Of a stretch of 64,000 bases of DNA, positions 36,098-48,500 are shown one piece after another. Source of the DNA: Klebsormidium nitens (Eukaryota; Plantae; Klebsormidiophyceae); NCBI GenBank assembly GCA_000708835.1, contig DF237074.1:119849-183848 (forward strand), written 5' to 3'. The notes under the pieces are model-generated. The model searched no databases, had not been told where the DNA came from, and worked only from the letters and a program-made list of their open reading frames with translations. The first letter of the stretch is position 1, and the number at the start of each line of letters is the position of its first letter. The position numbers and the translations under genes are program-made.

Positions 36098-39000
36098 ATG
36101 AATCCACCTTACAAGTTAGAACCATATGAATTTGTGGGATTGCTGGGCGGTGGACGGTTCGGCACGGTCCAAAGAATGAGAGATAAGCGGAGCGGCCGAG
36201 AAGTCGCAATCAAGTTTCTTGTTGGGGGCACAAAGGTACGCTGTCGTTGGAGTTCTTCTGGGTTGGCTTTTCATAGATCTTGTGACCCTTCGTTTTGAGC
36301 AATCTTGGTCTACCTTGGATGCGAGAAGGAGAACATGAAATTCAAATGAACATTTGAAATGTGCTGTACAAATCAGGAGTGATCAGGACTCAGATGGTGT
36401 TGCTTGAAAATGCTGCAAGAATAGGGTAGGCCCTCGATTGGTTGCTTTACATTGAGGACAATTCTTGAGAAGCCTTTTGCAAAGTCTCTGCAGATTGACG
36501 AACGAGTGGAACGAGAGATACTGGTCCACCGGCGCCTTAGGCACCCGTGCATTCCTCGGCTATTGGAGGTGCGTCACAATGAACACCGACATCCTCTTTC
36601 AATGTGTCTGTTTTCAGTTGGCAAAGTCTGTGCTTCTGCAGGCAGAGTAGAGCAGAGCTTATGCTGGTGGACTGCCCGAGATCACGAGATCTCTTTCAAA
36701 AAACTTCTCATTTTGACCAGCTCATTCAAGGCCCCAGAAACTAGCGAACAGATTGCCATCTGTCCAAAGACAGCTGGTTGACCGAGCTTCCTTTTTTCAG
36801 GCATGACTTACGAGGCTGAGAGCGCTTGTGTACGCTCGCTTGGGCACTCGCATCGAGATGTTTCAACTTCTTGAGAGTCATGGTTGGGGCACATTATGGC
36901 ATGTCGACATCCTTTTCTGTGATTGATTCTACTTCTGACCGGCCCTGCCTCCAATGCTTGCAGGTGCGGCTGACTTTGTACCACCTCGCCATTGTTATGG
37001 AGTTTGTGGAGGGCACGACTCTGCTGCAGAATCTGTCCGAGCGGCCACACCACCGCTTCGCAGAGCGGCAGGTGAGGTGTACTCCTGGGCTCCATGTTTC
37101 TTGAATGGCCAATGTTGGACCTCTGTCAAACATAAGCTCGTTCATTGTGAGACGAAGTATGCTTCGGGCGGACACGAGGGCCAGCTCGCGCAATGCCGAT
37201 TCTGCACGCAAGGGCGTTTTAGTGATACGAGTTGAATTAAATGGTTGGCAGCAGTGAACTATGCGGCATGTAAAAGGTTTTCCTTTGTGAGCATCAGACT
37301 CCATGCTGTTGACAGAGGTCCCTGTCCAGGTTGTGGTTGTGCAGCTGAAAAGGATGTAGAAGGGGGATGGTTGGAGAGGACCCTTTTCAGTCAACAGCTC
37401 GAATGTACTTTCTGTCTTTTCCTGCCAGGTGATGCTTTGAAGAGATTTGCAATGTCATTTGGTATGTCGCCAGGTCGAGAAAAAGAGCTGCCAAAGACTT
37501 CAACCTGTCAATTGAGACCTACAAGATGTGCACAAGCTATACTTCGACATGAGGTTATGGACAAACCTATGATCGTCACAGCTAACATTAAGGACTCGTC
37601 TCCAGGCTCGCTTCATCTTCCATCAACTAGTAGCAATCGTGAACTATCTTCACAGCCAGGTAAGAGCCAATTGTTCTGATGATATCTTGTGCAGTGTAGC
37701 ACTAGTGCTGTGCGGGTGTGTAGACATGCGGCGGAGAGCGGCATGGCGATCAAATCAAGGAGCTTTCAAAGGAGGACGTCTGAAATAAGTCAGCGCAATC
37801 AGAAGCCTTTCCACATCAACCATCTCATTGTGCTGAACTTGAGACAGCAAGTTGCCAGTTGACCTGCCCGGGCTTCACCCGTCTGCGACTTGTCCCTCAG
37901 CAGCTGACAAAAACTTCAGACAAGCTCGTCACACTTCACATTCTTGTGAAGACACAAATGTAGGTTATGAACTTGATTGTAGGGCATTTGTCATCGAGAC
38001 CTGTCTGGCAACAACATTCTGCTCAAGTGGGTGAAGGTCTCGGAGGCTTCCAAGCCTTACCCCGTCGTCTACGTCTGCGACTTTGGGATGGCAAAGGTGG
38101 GTTGCCTTTAAGCTGACCCTGGCCTTGTCTCGGCTGGTCGCTGAATGGAAAGCTTTGTTGCTGTTATTTCTGAGTGAGCCCATCAGGTCGCTGGTCCCAC
38201 TCATACGTCCTCCCTTCATTCTGACTCTGGGTGCACGAGGTCATCCAATCTCAGCTTGAGTCAACTTGCGTGCATATCGTGAAAGAGCAGGGACGAGCAG
38301 ATAACAATCCTTTGATGCTGACCTTCGTCCCAAAGCCCCGGAGCTCCCACATTGAGCAAACGCATGTTTTACAGAGTCATCTTTTGTAACTGTGAAATGA
38401 GAAAGCTGTTTTCTGGGGGCCAGATGGAGGGCGTGCATTCCACCCCCAATTCGTACATCGGAACCGCGGAGTTTGTTGCGCCCGAGTTGCTGGACGTCAC
38501 TGCAATGACAGAGGGCAAGGAGTACGACGGCCAGGTAAGCGCGCGCTTTCCATGCGTTCCGCCGTGCTGAGCCCCGCGTCCCCGCGGCGCAGGCTTCTTC
38601 TTGTGTCACTGTCAAAGGCATCGGGATAGCGCACACCCGTTGTTACTCCGCTGTTAACGGCGACCGTCGCTCTCATCGCAGCCGTGTGACTCACTCTCCC
38701 ACACTGAGCCCTGCTGCTCCATTCCGCTTCGGCGCCCCTAGCTTCTGGAAGCTCCTGTCTTCGAATCCCTCAAGCCCCAAACCGTCAAACCCCTCAATCC
38801 CCTATCCCGTTTAACCCCGAACCCTAAACCCCTAAACGTCCGCCCGTTGGTGCACGCAGAGGGCGGACGTGTGGTCCATGGCGGTCATCCTGCTGGTCAT
38901 GCTCACCGGCATCTCGCCATTCGCCGACCCGGAAGCGCCGCACGATCAGATTCGCCTCTTCAACGTGAGCACGGCCGGAGGTCCCATCCTGGGCGGGGCC

Positions 39001-40057
39001 AAGCTTGCATGTGATACTTTGACCAAGTCTGGTTGTCGAAGGACTGCAGAACGGTTATTTGAGGCTCAGTGGGCGGGAAAAGTGCTGTTTGATGACAGGA
39101 GCACTGTGTTGGTCAGCTTTCTGCCAGAGTCACGAAGATCTTGAAGCGTTGAAGGTAGGGCTCTCTGGCATTTCGGCGACCATCTGCCAGCGTACTGAAC
39201 TCCTGTCCTTTTGTTTACGAGCATGGCGTTACGCTTTGGCAGAGACCTGACATGAAGATGATAAGGACTGCGTTACTCGCTTGGCAGCCTCATCAAGATC
39301 GTTTCTGCCTGCAGAGGATACGGCAAGGCGTTTACGTCACCCCCCAGGGCGTCTCCCCCGAGTGCCTCCACTTTCTCGCTTGCACGCTGAGGACGAAACC
39401 GTTGGAAGTAAGTGAAAGCCGCTCCCTGCAAGCAATCAAGTGAAAGCCCAACCTTCAACTCTTAGCGTGACATGTGGGAGCCACGTCGAGGTTCATGTGT
39501 GCCCCTTCCTTTTCTGGCTGTACGTTTCATATGTCTTCAGTAAGGTTTTCTGGAACGAAAGGTGGTTCCGGTAGCTGCACGTCAGATAGACACCCCACTC
39601 CGCGGATCCATTCCCACGTTTTGCGGGTGGAGACTCGTGACTGCCATCCTTGAGCGGCGCTGGCTGGAGATGGCGCCCGAGCACGATACCCGAGCGCTCA
39701 ACTTTCAGAGCCTGAGGCAAGGAGATGATAGCTGGCGCTTAGACAGGGTTTCATGATTGCTGACACTAAAGGAGAAGCCTGTAAAAAGTCACACAAGAAC
39801 TGCGTCTACCAAGAAAAGTCTCGTACCTCATGGCGGAAAGTCGGAGACGGAAAATTCTTTTCTCTTGGCAGCGGCCCAGCATAGATCAGCTCCGGGAGCA
39901 CCCGTGGCTGCAGAAGGACAAGGACGTGGCGGCTGCCGGATACCACATGGACGATAACGACCGGTATCCGATCATGGCGTTCCAGTCGGAGGATGAGATG
40001 CGGCGGATTGTGCATGCGGCTCGGGTCATCAATCTACCGGCCACATCGGTCCGGTAA
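36098..40057 (+). CDS. Divergent SnRK2-type Ser/Thr protein kinase, 9 exons, no acidic ABA box
   Basis: Exons 36098-36235, 36494-36568 (75 nt), 36964-37071, 37606-37659 (54 nt), 37983-38096, 38424-38534, 38860-38964 (105 nt), 39315-39407, 39872-40057. Motifs GGGRFG, VAIK, IDERVEREI, HLAIVMEF, HRDLSGNN, DFG, GTAEFVAPE, EYDGQRADVWS, QSEDEMRRIVHAA (SnRK2 box-like). The 75/54/105-nt exons and intron positions match the conserved plant SnRK2 gene structure. Confidence 0.88.
38766..38837 (+). repeat. Degenerate telomere-like (CCCTAAA)n tract / telo-box in kinase intron 6
   Basis: CCCTCAAGCCCCAAACCGTCAAACCCCTCAATCCCCTATCCCGTTTAACCCCGAACCCTAAACCCCTAAAC, ending about 22 nt before the acceptor. Confidence 0.65.
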
Positions 40058-40790
40058 AAGCCGCTGGTTGCAAGGTGCTTGAGGCGGAAGTAGGCATTAT
40101 AAGATGTGCAGGCAAGAGCTTATGTAGTAGCGTTTAAACAGTTGGATACGCTTAGGACGATGTAAAGGGTGACTCTTTAGTAGGAGCGTTGGAAGTGTTA
40201 GCTAGAAATGTCGAGCTTAAACTGTGATGTTGAATATCCTGTACGTATAGCTCACCAAATTCCCCTTCCCCCGCACGTGTCCAGCCTTGGGCCCGTCGCC
40301 CGCGAACTGAAAAATGGGGGGCGCTGGCGTCTAAGCTGGCACTTGATCATGTATGCGCGGGCCGCGCCGCATTATATCATTGCACACGCTGGATTCTCGA
40401 TTGCTGAAATCTGGTCGATGGAGATATCATGCTCGCACGCGCATGGCCGCGCATCATGCATGCCACATGGCGCTCATGCATCTTGCAACCGCATGAAACG
40501 TGAGTCTCAATTCGGCCAGATCATGAAATTGCAACAATCAATGATTTCGCGTTGTCTCGTATATGAGCTAGGCTAAACGTATATATTTAGTTGAAAATTG
40601 CATGTATCTCTAGAAAAATCATGGATCGTCAAATACGACGCCAAACAATATCTTGGTGTGCGGCCGGGCTGCTTCTGTAGTTCCGTAAACGCGTGCACAT
40701 AAGGCCCTGGCTTCAAGCTTAGAAACCAGCTTGATTGACTCACAGTCTGCTGTCTAACTTGGATTGCCACTAAGAAGTGTTACTGACTAA

Positions 40791-43700
40791 CTATATCAGT
40801 CCAAAAAGCATAGCTAATCTGAGGATCATGAACGTACTGTACAGCCCAATGAGAACAATGCCCAACGTCCTCGTCAACCTGAAATCCCTGAGCGGCACGT
40901 ACACTAAGGAGAACAGCAGCCCAGCAGCCAAAAACGCGAGCGTCACAAAGAGCGAAATATCTTTCGGTATGTGGAACGGCGCGGGCCGGATCTGCCAGCT
41001 GGCAAGCACAAGTGACATTCCGGTGCCCACTAGCATGTTAAACATGGGCCCTGCATAACACCCTGCCACGGCCATCTGCGCCCCCCCCTGTGCTGCGATC
41101 GTCGTGTTCGCAACCAGATCCCCAACCGAGTTTCCCCAGGCGAGCACCGTCAGCCCCAAAACTGCGGGGTCAATCCCCGCAATCACGCCAAGCGCGATCA
41201 ACACCGCAACCAGCTCGTTCGCGACGAGATAGAACCACGCAACGCTCATCACGAAACCCCCCGAGCACCACAGCGTGGCGACCCATCTCGTCCTGGGGGG
41301 GTGCTCCGCATTCGTCGTTACCAGTGCCAGCCCCCCCAGGAGCAAACCGCACCCCCCCGCCACAGCCCAGGTCCACCAGCTCCCCCCTCCAACGAAAACT
41401 AGAGCGAGCACAAAAGGAGCGCCCACGACGCTCGCGACGGCCGTGGTCTTCGACCAGCCGTCGGGCTCGATGAACGGGATCGTCACCCGCCGCGGCAGCA
41501 GCAGGGGCCCCTCCAGCAGGTAGGTTCTCATCCCCTGGAGCGAGAAAAACCGCGGCCACTCCTCCTCCTCGTCCCAGCCCCACAGCGGCCGCCCGCTGCG
41601 CCCCCCGGGGACCTCGGTGTGCATCCCGTAGATCGCCACGTGGCTCGTCCACATCCACTGCGGGAGCGCGGTCCCGGCGGCGTTGAACCCGAAACTCAGC
41701 TCCTGGTTCTCCCCGACGTCGGCTTCCGAGTCCCCCGGGTCGAGCGACCGGTACGCACCGCCCCCCCCGCCGATGAGCCCGTCTTCGTCCTCGTCCCAGT
41801 CTAGTCCCGCGTGCTCGGAGACATTTTCGGACGCCACCGGACGGAGCAAGGTCCACTTTCGGGCGGCGCCGGACTGGGCGAGCCACGCGGAGCCGGCGAC
41901 GTAGACGCCGTAGCAGATGTAGATGGAGAAGAAGGCGACCGCGCCGGAGAAGGTGACCTCGCCTCGAAGCAGGATCGCGGACAGCGCCTGCGATGAGAGC
42001 AATTCGTCTCAGCAACAGATCAAATGCTCGACAATATAAGCATAATCAGAAGGAAAAGCGGAAAGTAAAGAGGTCTTGCAACATCTGAGGAGGTGACCTC
42101 GCCTCGAAAACCACTGTAGACAGTGCCGGTAGGGTCCGAATGATCAAAGGTTGACTCTACAGAACACAACAGCGGAAATCAAGTTGGTTTTGCAATGTCT
42201 GAAAAGGTGACCTCGCCACACAACAGATGTGGTAAACACCCGCACGCCTGCAACCCACGAACCGTTTCATCTAAAAAGAAGATGACACCAAAAAGGGAGG
42301 TTTGAACTGATCTTGCCATGTTTAAGGAGGAAGCCTCGTACCACCAACGATTCACAGGCGCGCAATCGAGAGTGACGGCCCACGTCTTTAAGAGGGCAAT
42401 TGGCCTTTTTCTCAGAGCTTTCCGAAGACAAGTTCGCAGGCTAGTCCTCCATCCGTAACTCAGGACAATGGACCTTCAGGTGCAGAAGAGCCATGCTTCG
42501 ACATTGGCAAATCATCGGGTCGGCGTTTCACCACAATGGAGACAGGGTAGACAGTCAATGAACCCTACTTCAGGAGTGACTCGGTAAGAATTTGGTCGAG
42601 ACTCACCTCGGAAAAGTAGAGCGCGAATATAGCTCATCAAGCCAGGCTCTAACCACGATGAGAGGGACAGTCCAAAGGGCCTAACCGGTCTGGTTAACCA
42701 TGGGTTAGTTGCTCACCACGATGGCCACGAGGTAGAAACCAACGTCGCGGAAGAAGACCGATTGCTGCAGCTGCACCTCGGAGCTTGACACCGCGACAAG
42801 GGCCACCGTTCCGACCACGACGCTCGTCACAAAGCTGCCCGCGCCAATCACGCTGTTGAGCCCAACCTGTGATAAAGCGAATACGTGGATAAGAAACAAA
42901 GGTAATAAAACAAAATGGAATCGCGTTCCTCGGGCACCGTAGCGCACGATCGGAATGCTTGAAAGCGAGGGGCAGGTCTGTCGATGAGTGGACCCGCCGT
43001 TTGCCAGTCTTGCCTGCCACTACTCCTCAAGGAAAAGGCTTCCATGAACCTTTCCACAATTCCTCTGTTCCCAATTATAGCTGGCCTTCTACAACCAAGA
43101 GGCATGCGCTTTCCGAGCCCTCACCTGTCCCTGGCCCGCCCCAACAAACGCCGCAATACTGGCAAACACATCGGGGGCGCCGTTCCCAAGGGGCAGCAGC
43201 GTGACGCCCGCAACAGTCGGGGGCAGGTGGAGGAGCTCCGCCAGGTGCTGCAGGCTGGGCAAAAGAAGGAGGGGGACAAGGTTGCGGCGTAAGTTCAAGT
43301 AGCTAATGTAGGGCAGTTGACAGGGGAAAGAAGATACCATGGCCGTGTGGTCCATCAAATAGTTTACATGGAATGGAGTCACCACAGAAGGGACGGCAAG
43401 AGTGTCTGTTCAGTGGGAAGGCACAGCACATGACAGCGGCCCGCTAGTTTGTGGAAAGATGATCTTGCGCATGCTTAAGGTTGTGCGACTTTGTTTTAAA
43501 TGACAAACAGGCGACCTAAGATTTACAGCCAATTTGTCAAATAATGAATTGAGGGGACAGGTGGCCCGCTCGGCCTTCTCAGAGTGACCTGGGAGGCATA
43601 CTTTGCACCAATGCTCAATCTAGCCCATTGCCCTAACGCGAGGGTTTGCCGCAGGAACAGAGTGCTCTACCCATTGTTTTTTATCAAACAAGACATTGAG

Positions 43701-44222
43701 ACTAACATACCTTGGGCAGAAGTAGTCCGCCGCGGTGTTGCCCAGCGTATAGAACAGAATAACCAGCCACAGCGCCAGGACCCCGTACGACAGGAGCTGC
43801 GCGTGCTTGAAGTAACAAAAGTGGATATTCAGGTACTCGATGAACGTCCCCGACTGGCAGCTCGGGCGCGCTTTTACGAAGCTGCACATGTCGGGATAGC
43901 CCTCGTGCTCCCACACGCCCGAGCACGGCGCGTCTTCTCCAGGGTCGCTGCTGTTGTTTCCAGCGTTTGTTTCTTGCTGCAAATTCTGCAAGGTAATCTG
44001 ATCTAGAAGTGAGGTGGTTTGGGGTTTGTCTCCAGGGGCAGGAATCTGCAAGAGTACCCGACCGAGGATTCTAGTTTGGGGCTCAGTCGAAGGTGACCCC
44101 CCTGGGCGCAGCTCTGTCAGCTTAAGGATGAGTACCAAGAGCAGGAGGGCCCCCAACCGTGAGAACGCCCAGAGCCATTGAGGGCGTCTAGCATTCTGCA
44201 TGTTGATCCTGGCCATCCCCAC
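40791..44222 (-). CDS. CCX: Cation/calcium exchanger (CCX family, two Na_Ca_ex domains), 4 exons
   Basis: Exons 44222-43711, 43254-43125, 42866-42717, 41987-40791. Alpha-1 repeat [19 protein letters not shown]; alpha-2 repeat [18 protein letters not shown]...[14 protein letters not shown]; N-terminal C-x-FV...C...YL..HFC and [15 protein letters not shown]. Confidence 0.93.
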
Positions 44223-45544
44223 TATCTGGGTTGAGCCGCGACCACAGCTCGCACAATTGATGACCCTGTCAGCTCAGCGCCAGCTTACGATGAGCAATCT
44301 TTAAAAAGGAGAGCAAAACAGCTTGGCTGGCGTCCTTTTGCCCTGCCATCTTTGCAAGGCGCCCTACCTCAGCCTGCTTGCTGCGCTTCTCCTGCTCACG
44401 AGATCTTGCGAGATGCTGATTTCTGAACCGTGAACGTCATCCAGCTGGCTTTCCCCCTTGATCCAATACTGGGACCGGTATGATTCCGGTTTTGGTACCG
44501 TAAGGGCCGAAATGACGTACAGGTGGATCGCCGAATCTAGATTTGCCTGAGGGTTTCGCTAAAATGATACCGCAACCGTCCGATCGAATCACCTACTTCG
44601 AAAGCCGCCCGATCGATTTGGCAATTTCGAAGAAGAAGGGGCCTAATCAAGTTTTGCAGACCACACGTCGTCTAAAAGTCGAGATTGACTAGGACAAAGC
44701 TGGTGAGCAGGCGACATGCCTTGCAGGAAGCCATGGCGCCTCACTCCTGCTGACCTGCGGCACCATGCTGCAGCTCAGCATTCACTTTCTGTGCATGAGT
44801 TCCGTTGATTCTTCATCTTTGAGCTCATGGAACACCAATCAAGTGTTTGTTGGTAGGTTTTCAGCCCTGCCCGAGGTGTGCTACAAGGTGAAATATGGAG
44901 CTCTACAAGCGTCCGAAAGCAAACGATACGCTTTACGGCCTTGGCACTAGGGTCAAATGAGCATCTCTGAAGCTCTAAAAAGGTTCTTTAGCTTGCTTTA
45001 TGAATGCATTACGGCTTTCAAAGCTGCATTCATATGCACCTTGGAAAGCACGAGGAATACCGCAGCTGACAGCCCGCTAGGTCGTAAGAGAAAGCTCGTT
45101 CAGCTTGGCAGCCATTGTTTGCAAGCCGTCAGCCTGACGTCATGATATTTGTATCCAAGTTCTGCCGACCGTCGATGATACCAACTCCGCGATCGCGGAC
45201 TCCGAAAAGCCGGAGCCAATGCGGTATCAGAACGGCCAATTTGAAGATTCGGCGACCCACCTGGTACCGGGAAGGGTAAGTGCAGCCATGTGGTACCTAC
45301 AACTAACGCATGTGATTGGTGGGAGGCTAGGTGATATTCTTTCCTGCACCAACCTGCTGAAACTTTTAGGGTTCCACGCACGTAACGCGAGAGCTACGGC
45401 AGGTACCTAAATCTATCCAACGCGAGAGATATCTGCCCATTCGAAAGTTGGCGCGAGCTCTAACAAGTTGCAAAGGCCTTGGTGCCGCGTTCAACTTCTA
45501 GGGTCAGCAGCCCTTCTCTTGATCCAGCTCAGGCGCATCTCAAG

Positions 45545-48500
45545 ATGGCGGCGCCGGGCAGCAACGGCGACGTCGCTTTCATTGGACTGGGCGCCATGGG
45601 CAGCGGCATGGCGGCCCACCTGGTGAAACAAGGGTTTGCGGTCTGTGGCTTCGATGTGAGTTGTGATTGCTAATTGCAATGTGCATGCGATCAATGATTC
45701 AGCTCGTAAGCTTCCCCAGGGGCCATCAACTATGCAAGTTGGCGAGCTGCCGCATGGTTAAAGTAGACTCTGCTGTGACAATGTGTGCATTCTGAATATA
45801 GGCTACAGCCTGGCGCAGCGTTCGCTGATCATACCACCACTTATCGGTCTCGGCTCTTATTCCTTGTGCTGCTGGGCCAATGACTTGACCGCTTGTTTGG
45901 ACGCTGCAGGTGTACGGCCCTTCAATGGCCAAGTTGCAGGCGGCAGGGGGGAAAGCAGCCGCCAGCCCAGCAGAGGCTGCCCAAGGTATGACCCCCCTGT
46001 TATTAGCGGAGCCAGCGCTGATTGGAAAGTTTTCATGACTGATCTAGCCAGAGCTGATGGGAAACTCTTCTCACGGCCAGCGTCTGCCAATAAAAAAACA
46101 TTCGAACCCCATAACTATTTCACGTCATCCGGGGCAGACTTCCCACAGAGGCTTCAGCTGATTGCAAGCATCTCTGGCTACTGCGATGTCACGTTCTCCC
46201 TCTCTTTTCAAAGAGCTGGTTCAGCTCACGGCGGCTTGCCTTGACGAATGTGATTGACTGGGCTCCTCATATGAACTTAAGTGTCATTCTTAAGCCTTGG
46301 CCTTGTGATATGCCACCACTGATGGTGCTCTCACTGCATCTCCTCCTGCTCATGCTTACGCCCATGTCACAATAATCACTTATGCTGAGGCGGCTTTCAA
46401 CAATTATTCTATCCCACTAGCAACATCTTAAACCCCACTTCTCCTTTAGATGCGGCGCTCCTGGTGGTTATGGTCACAAACTCTGATCAAGCGGAGAGCG
46501 TCCTTTTTGGCGAAAAGGGGGCCGCTGCGGCGTTGGCAAAGGGCGCCACTGTGGTGCTGTGCTCCACAGTGCCCCCAGATTTTGTGCGGGGCCTGGAGAG
46601 AAAACTTGCAAGTGAGCCCAATCTGCCAAGAAACGTCTGCCCTTTCCTTGACGAGTATGCAATCAGACTTGGCCCTCTCAATCAACGCATTGGAGGACAT
46701 GAGCAGTATATGAACGTCAGCTCATTGACGGACGCTGAACATAGTTGACGGACGAGGTCAAAATCGTTGATCAGAACCTGAGGCCATTGGTTTATGCAGG
46801 CCTGGGCCTACTGCTGGTAGATGCGCCGGTTTCTGGCGGGGTGGTGCGCGCAGCCGCTGGGACGCTCACTGTAAGGCAAAGGGTACCAAGAACATTGATT
46901 GCCATCTCCTTGCTTTTTGTGCCTGCCACCGAATGTTTTGATTTGCCGTAGGTGACCTCGCTTTCTTTCAAGTATCGTCCAAGCAAGAGCAAAGCTCCGT
47001 ATAAACGTGTCTGGAGCGTATAAGGTGTCCCTTCCGAGCTGAGCGAGGCTGCATAATCTTCCTTGTTGTTACGTCCTTCAAACACACAAAAGGATAGAAG
47101 ACAACCTCCGCCCATCTACTGCTGCAGATCATGGCTGCGGGATCGCCTGAGGCGCTTCAAAACGCGGAGCAGGTTCTCAAGGGTGAGCGCTCTAAATAGG
47201 TTCCACTCCATTGCTCTTTCGCAATCTGCTCGTGTCAAAGTTTGTACTCTTGATCGAGCCTGACTGCCTTGCGGTCGAGCCCTGTGAAAGCCGCGTTTGA
47301 AAGTCAAATGTCCTAAGTTTTTTGGCTGGGGAATAGAGAATGTTCTCACTTGTTCTTGGAAGACCTCAATTGTCGCGGTTATTTGCCGAAACGAGGGATT
47401 GAGGAATGATCGTAGTAAGAGCAGTCAGCAAGTACGTGAAAATTGCCTATTCGAAAGATTGAGGCAGGATCGTAAGATAAGAGATAAGAGATAAGAGCAG
47501 TCAGCGAGTAGGTGAGATCACGTAGAAGCTACAAGGGACGATCGCAGTACCTCTGCCACTCATTGGGTGACGTCATACCTGCAGCTTTGAGCGAGAATCT
47601 GTACATCATCCCTGGGGGCGCTGGGAGCGGCAGGTGAGCCGTTCGCTTACCCGTCTTAGTTTCAACCTATACCCGCAAACGATTGAGGGACTCGAGTGTT
47701 GATAGGGATCCTCAAGTAGCATCCGTGCAGAAGCCTCGTGGAATCTGCTCGAATCTAGTTCTACATCGCAGGCTTAATGAGACAAGCAATTGACAACTCT
47801 AGAGGCGCAGTTCGTTGCGATGTTAAGGCCAATGACTATCTTGGCTTCGCCACACTTCTTTATCCGTCTTATGACGCAACCGAAGCGCAATTTGCCATAC
47901 TCTACGGACGCTGATTCTTCGTAACGAGCGGCAACAGACCTAAGCTCGGAATCGACGGGTCGCGTGCCTTCTTCTGCCTTTTCTCAGCAACGTCACAAAG
48001 CTCATACAAAAAGCTAGGTACGCACGCTCTGGAAAATATCTAGCGATCTTCTTTTATTTGCCGCAGCAACGTGAAGATGGTGAATCAGCTGTTGGCCGGG
48101 GTGCACATTGCGGCCGCGGCAGAAGCAATTGCGCTCGGTGCACGCGCGGGGCTCGACACGCGGCTGCTGTATGACATCATCAGCAAGGCCGCCGGCAACT
48201 CTTGGTGAGCTCCCGTTTTGTACCTTTCATTCGTTGGCAGCGATCGCTAGGACGTCCATCTTACTTGAACTCGATTATCAACGTCGAATCGGGGTGTGTC
48301 GAAAAATAAGACCGAAGGAAAAGTTGAGAGCTCAATATCTCCTCAAGCATGACGGCGGCCGTCGATCTGCAAGACACTCCATTGTTTTCGGATCCTCATT
48401 TTATTGGAATCTTGGATGCTACGATCTTCTCTGCGCAACGGCAGAGATATCTTTTGAAACCTCGTTCGGGCCTTAATTCGCACAGACATTGACAATTCGC

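Noticed and set aside
47408-47510. GATAAGA x3 microrepeat inside a short intronic duplication
   Set aside because: Ordinary slippage repeat not involving exon sequence. The same applies to the ~30-bp tandem pairs near 50940-51000 and 55706-55770.
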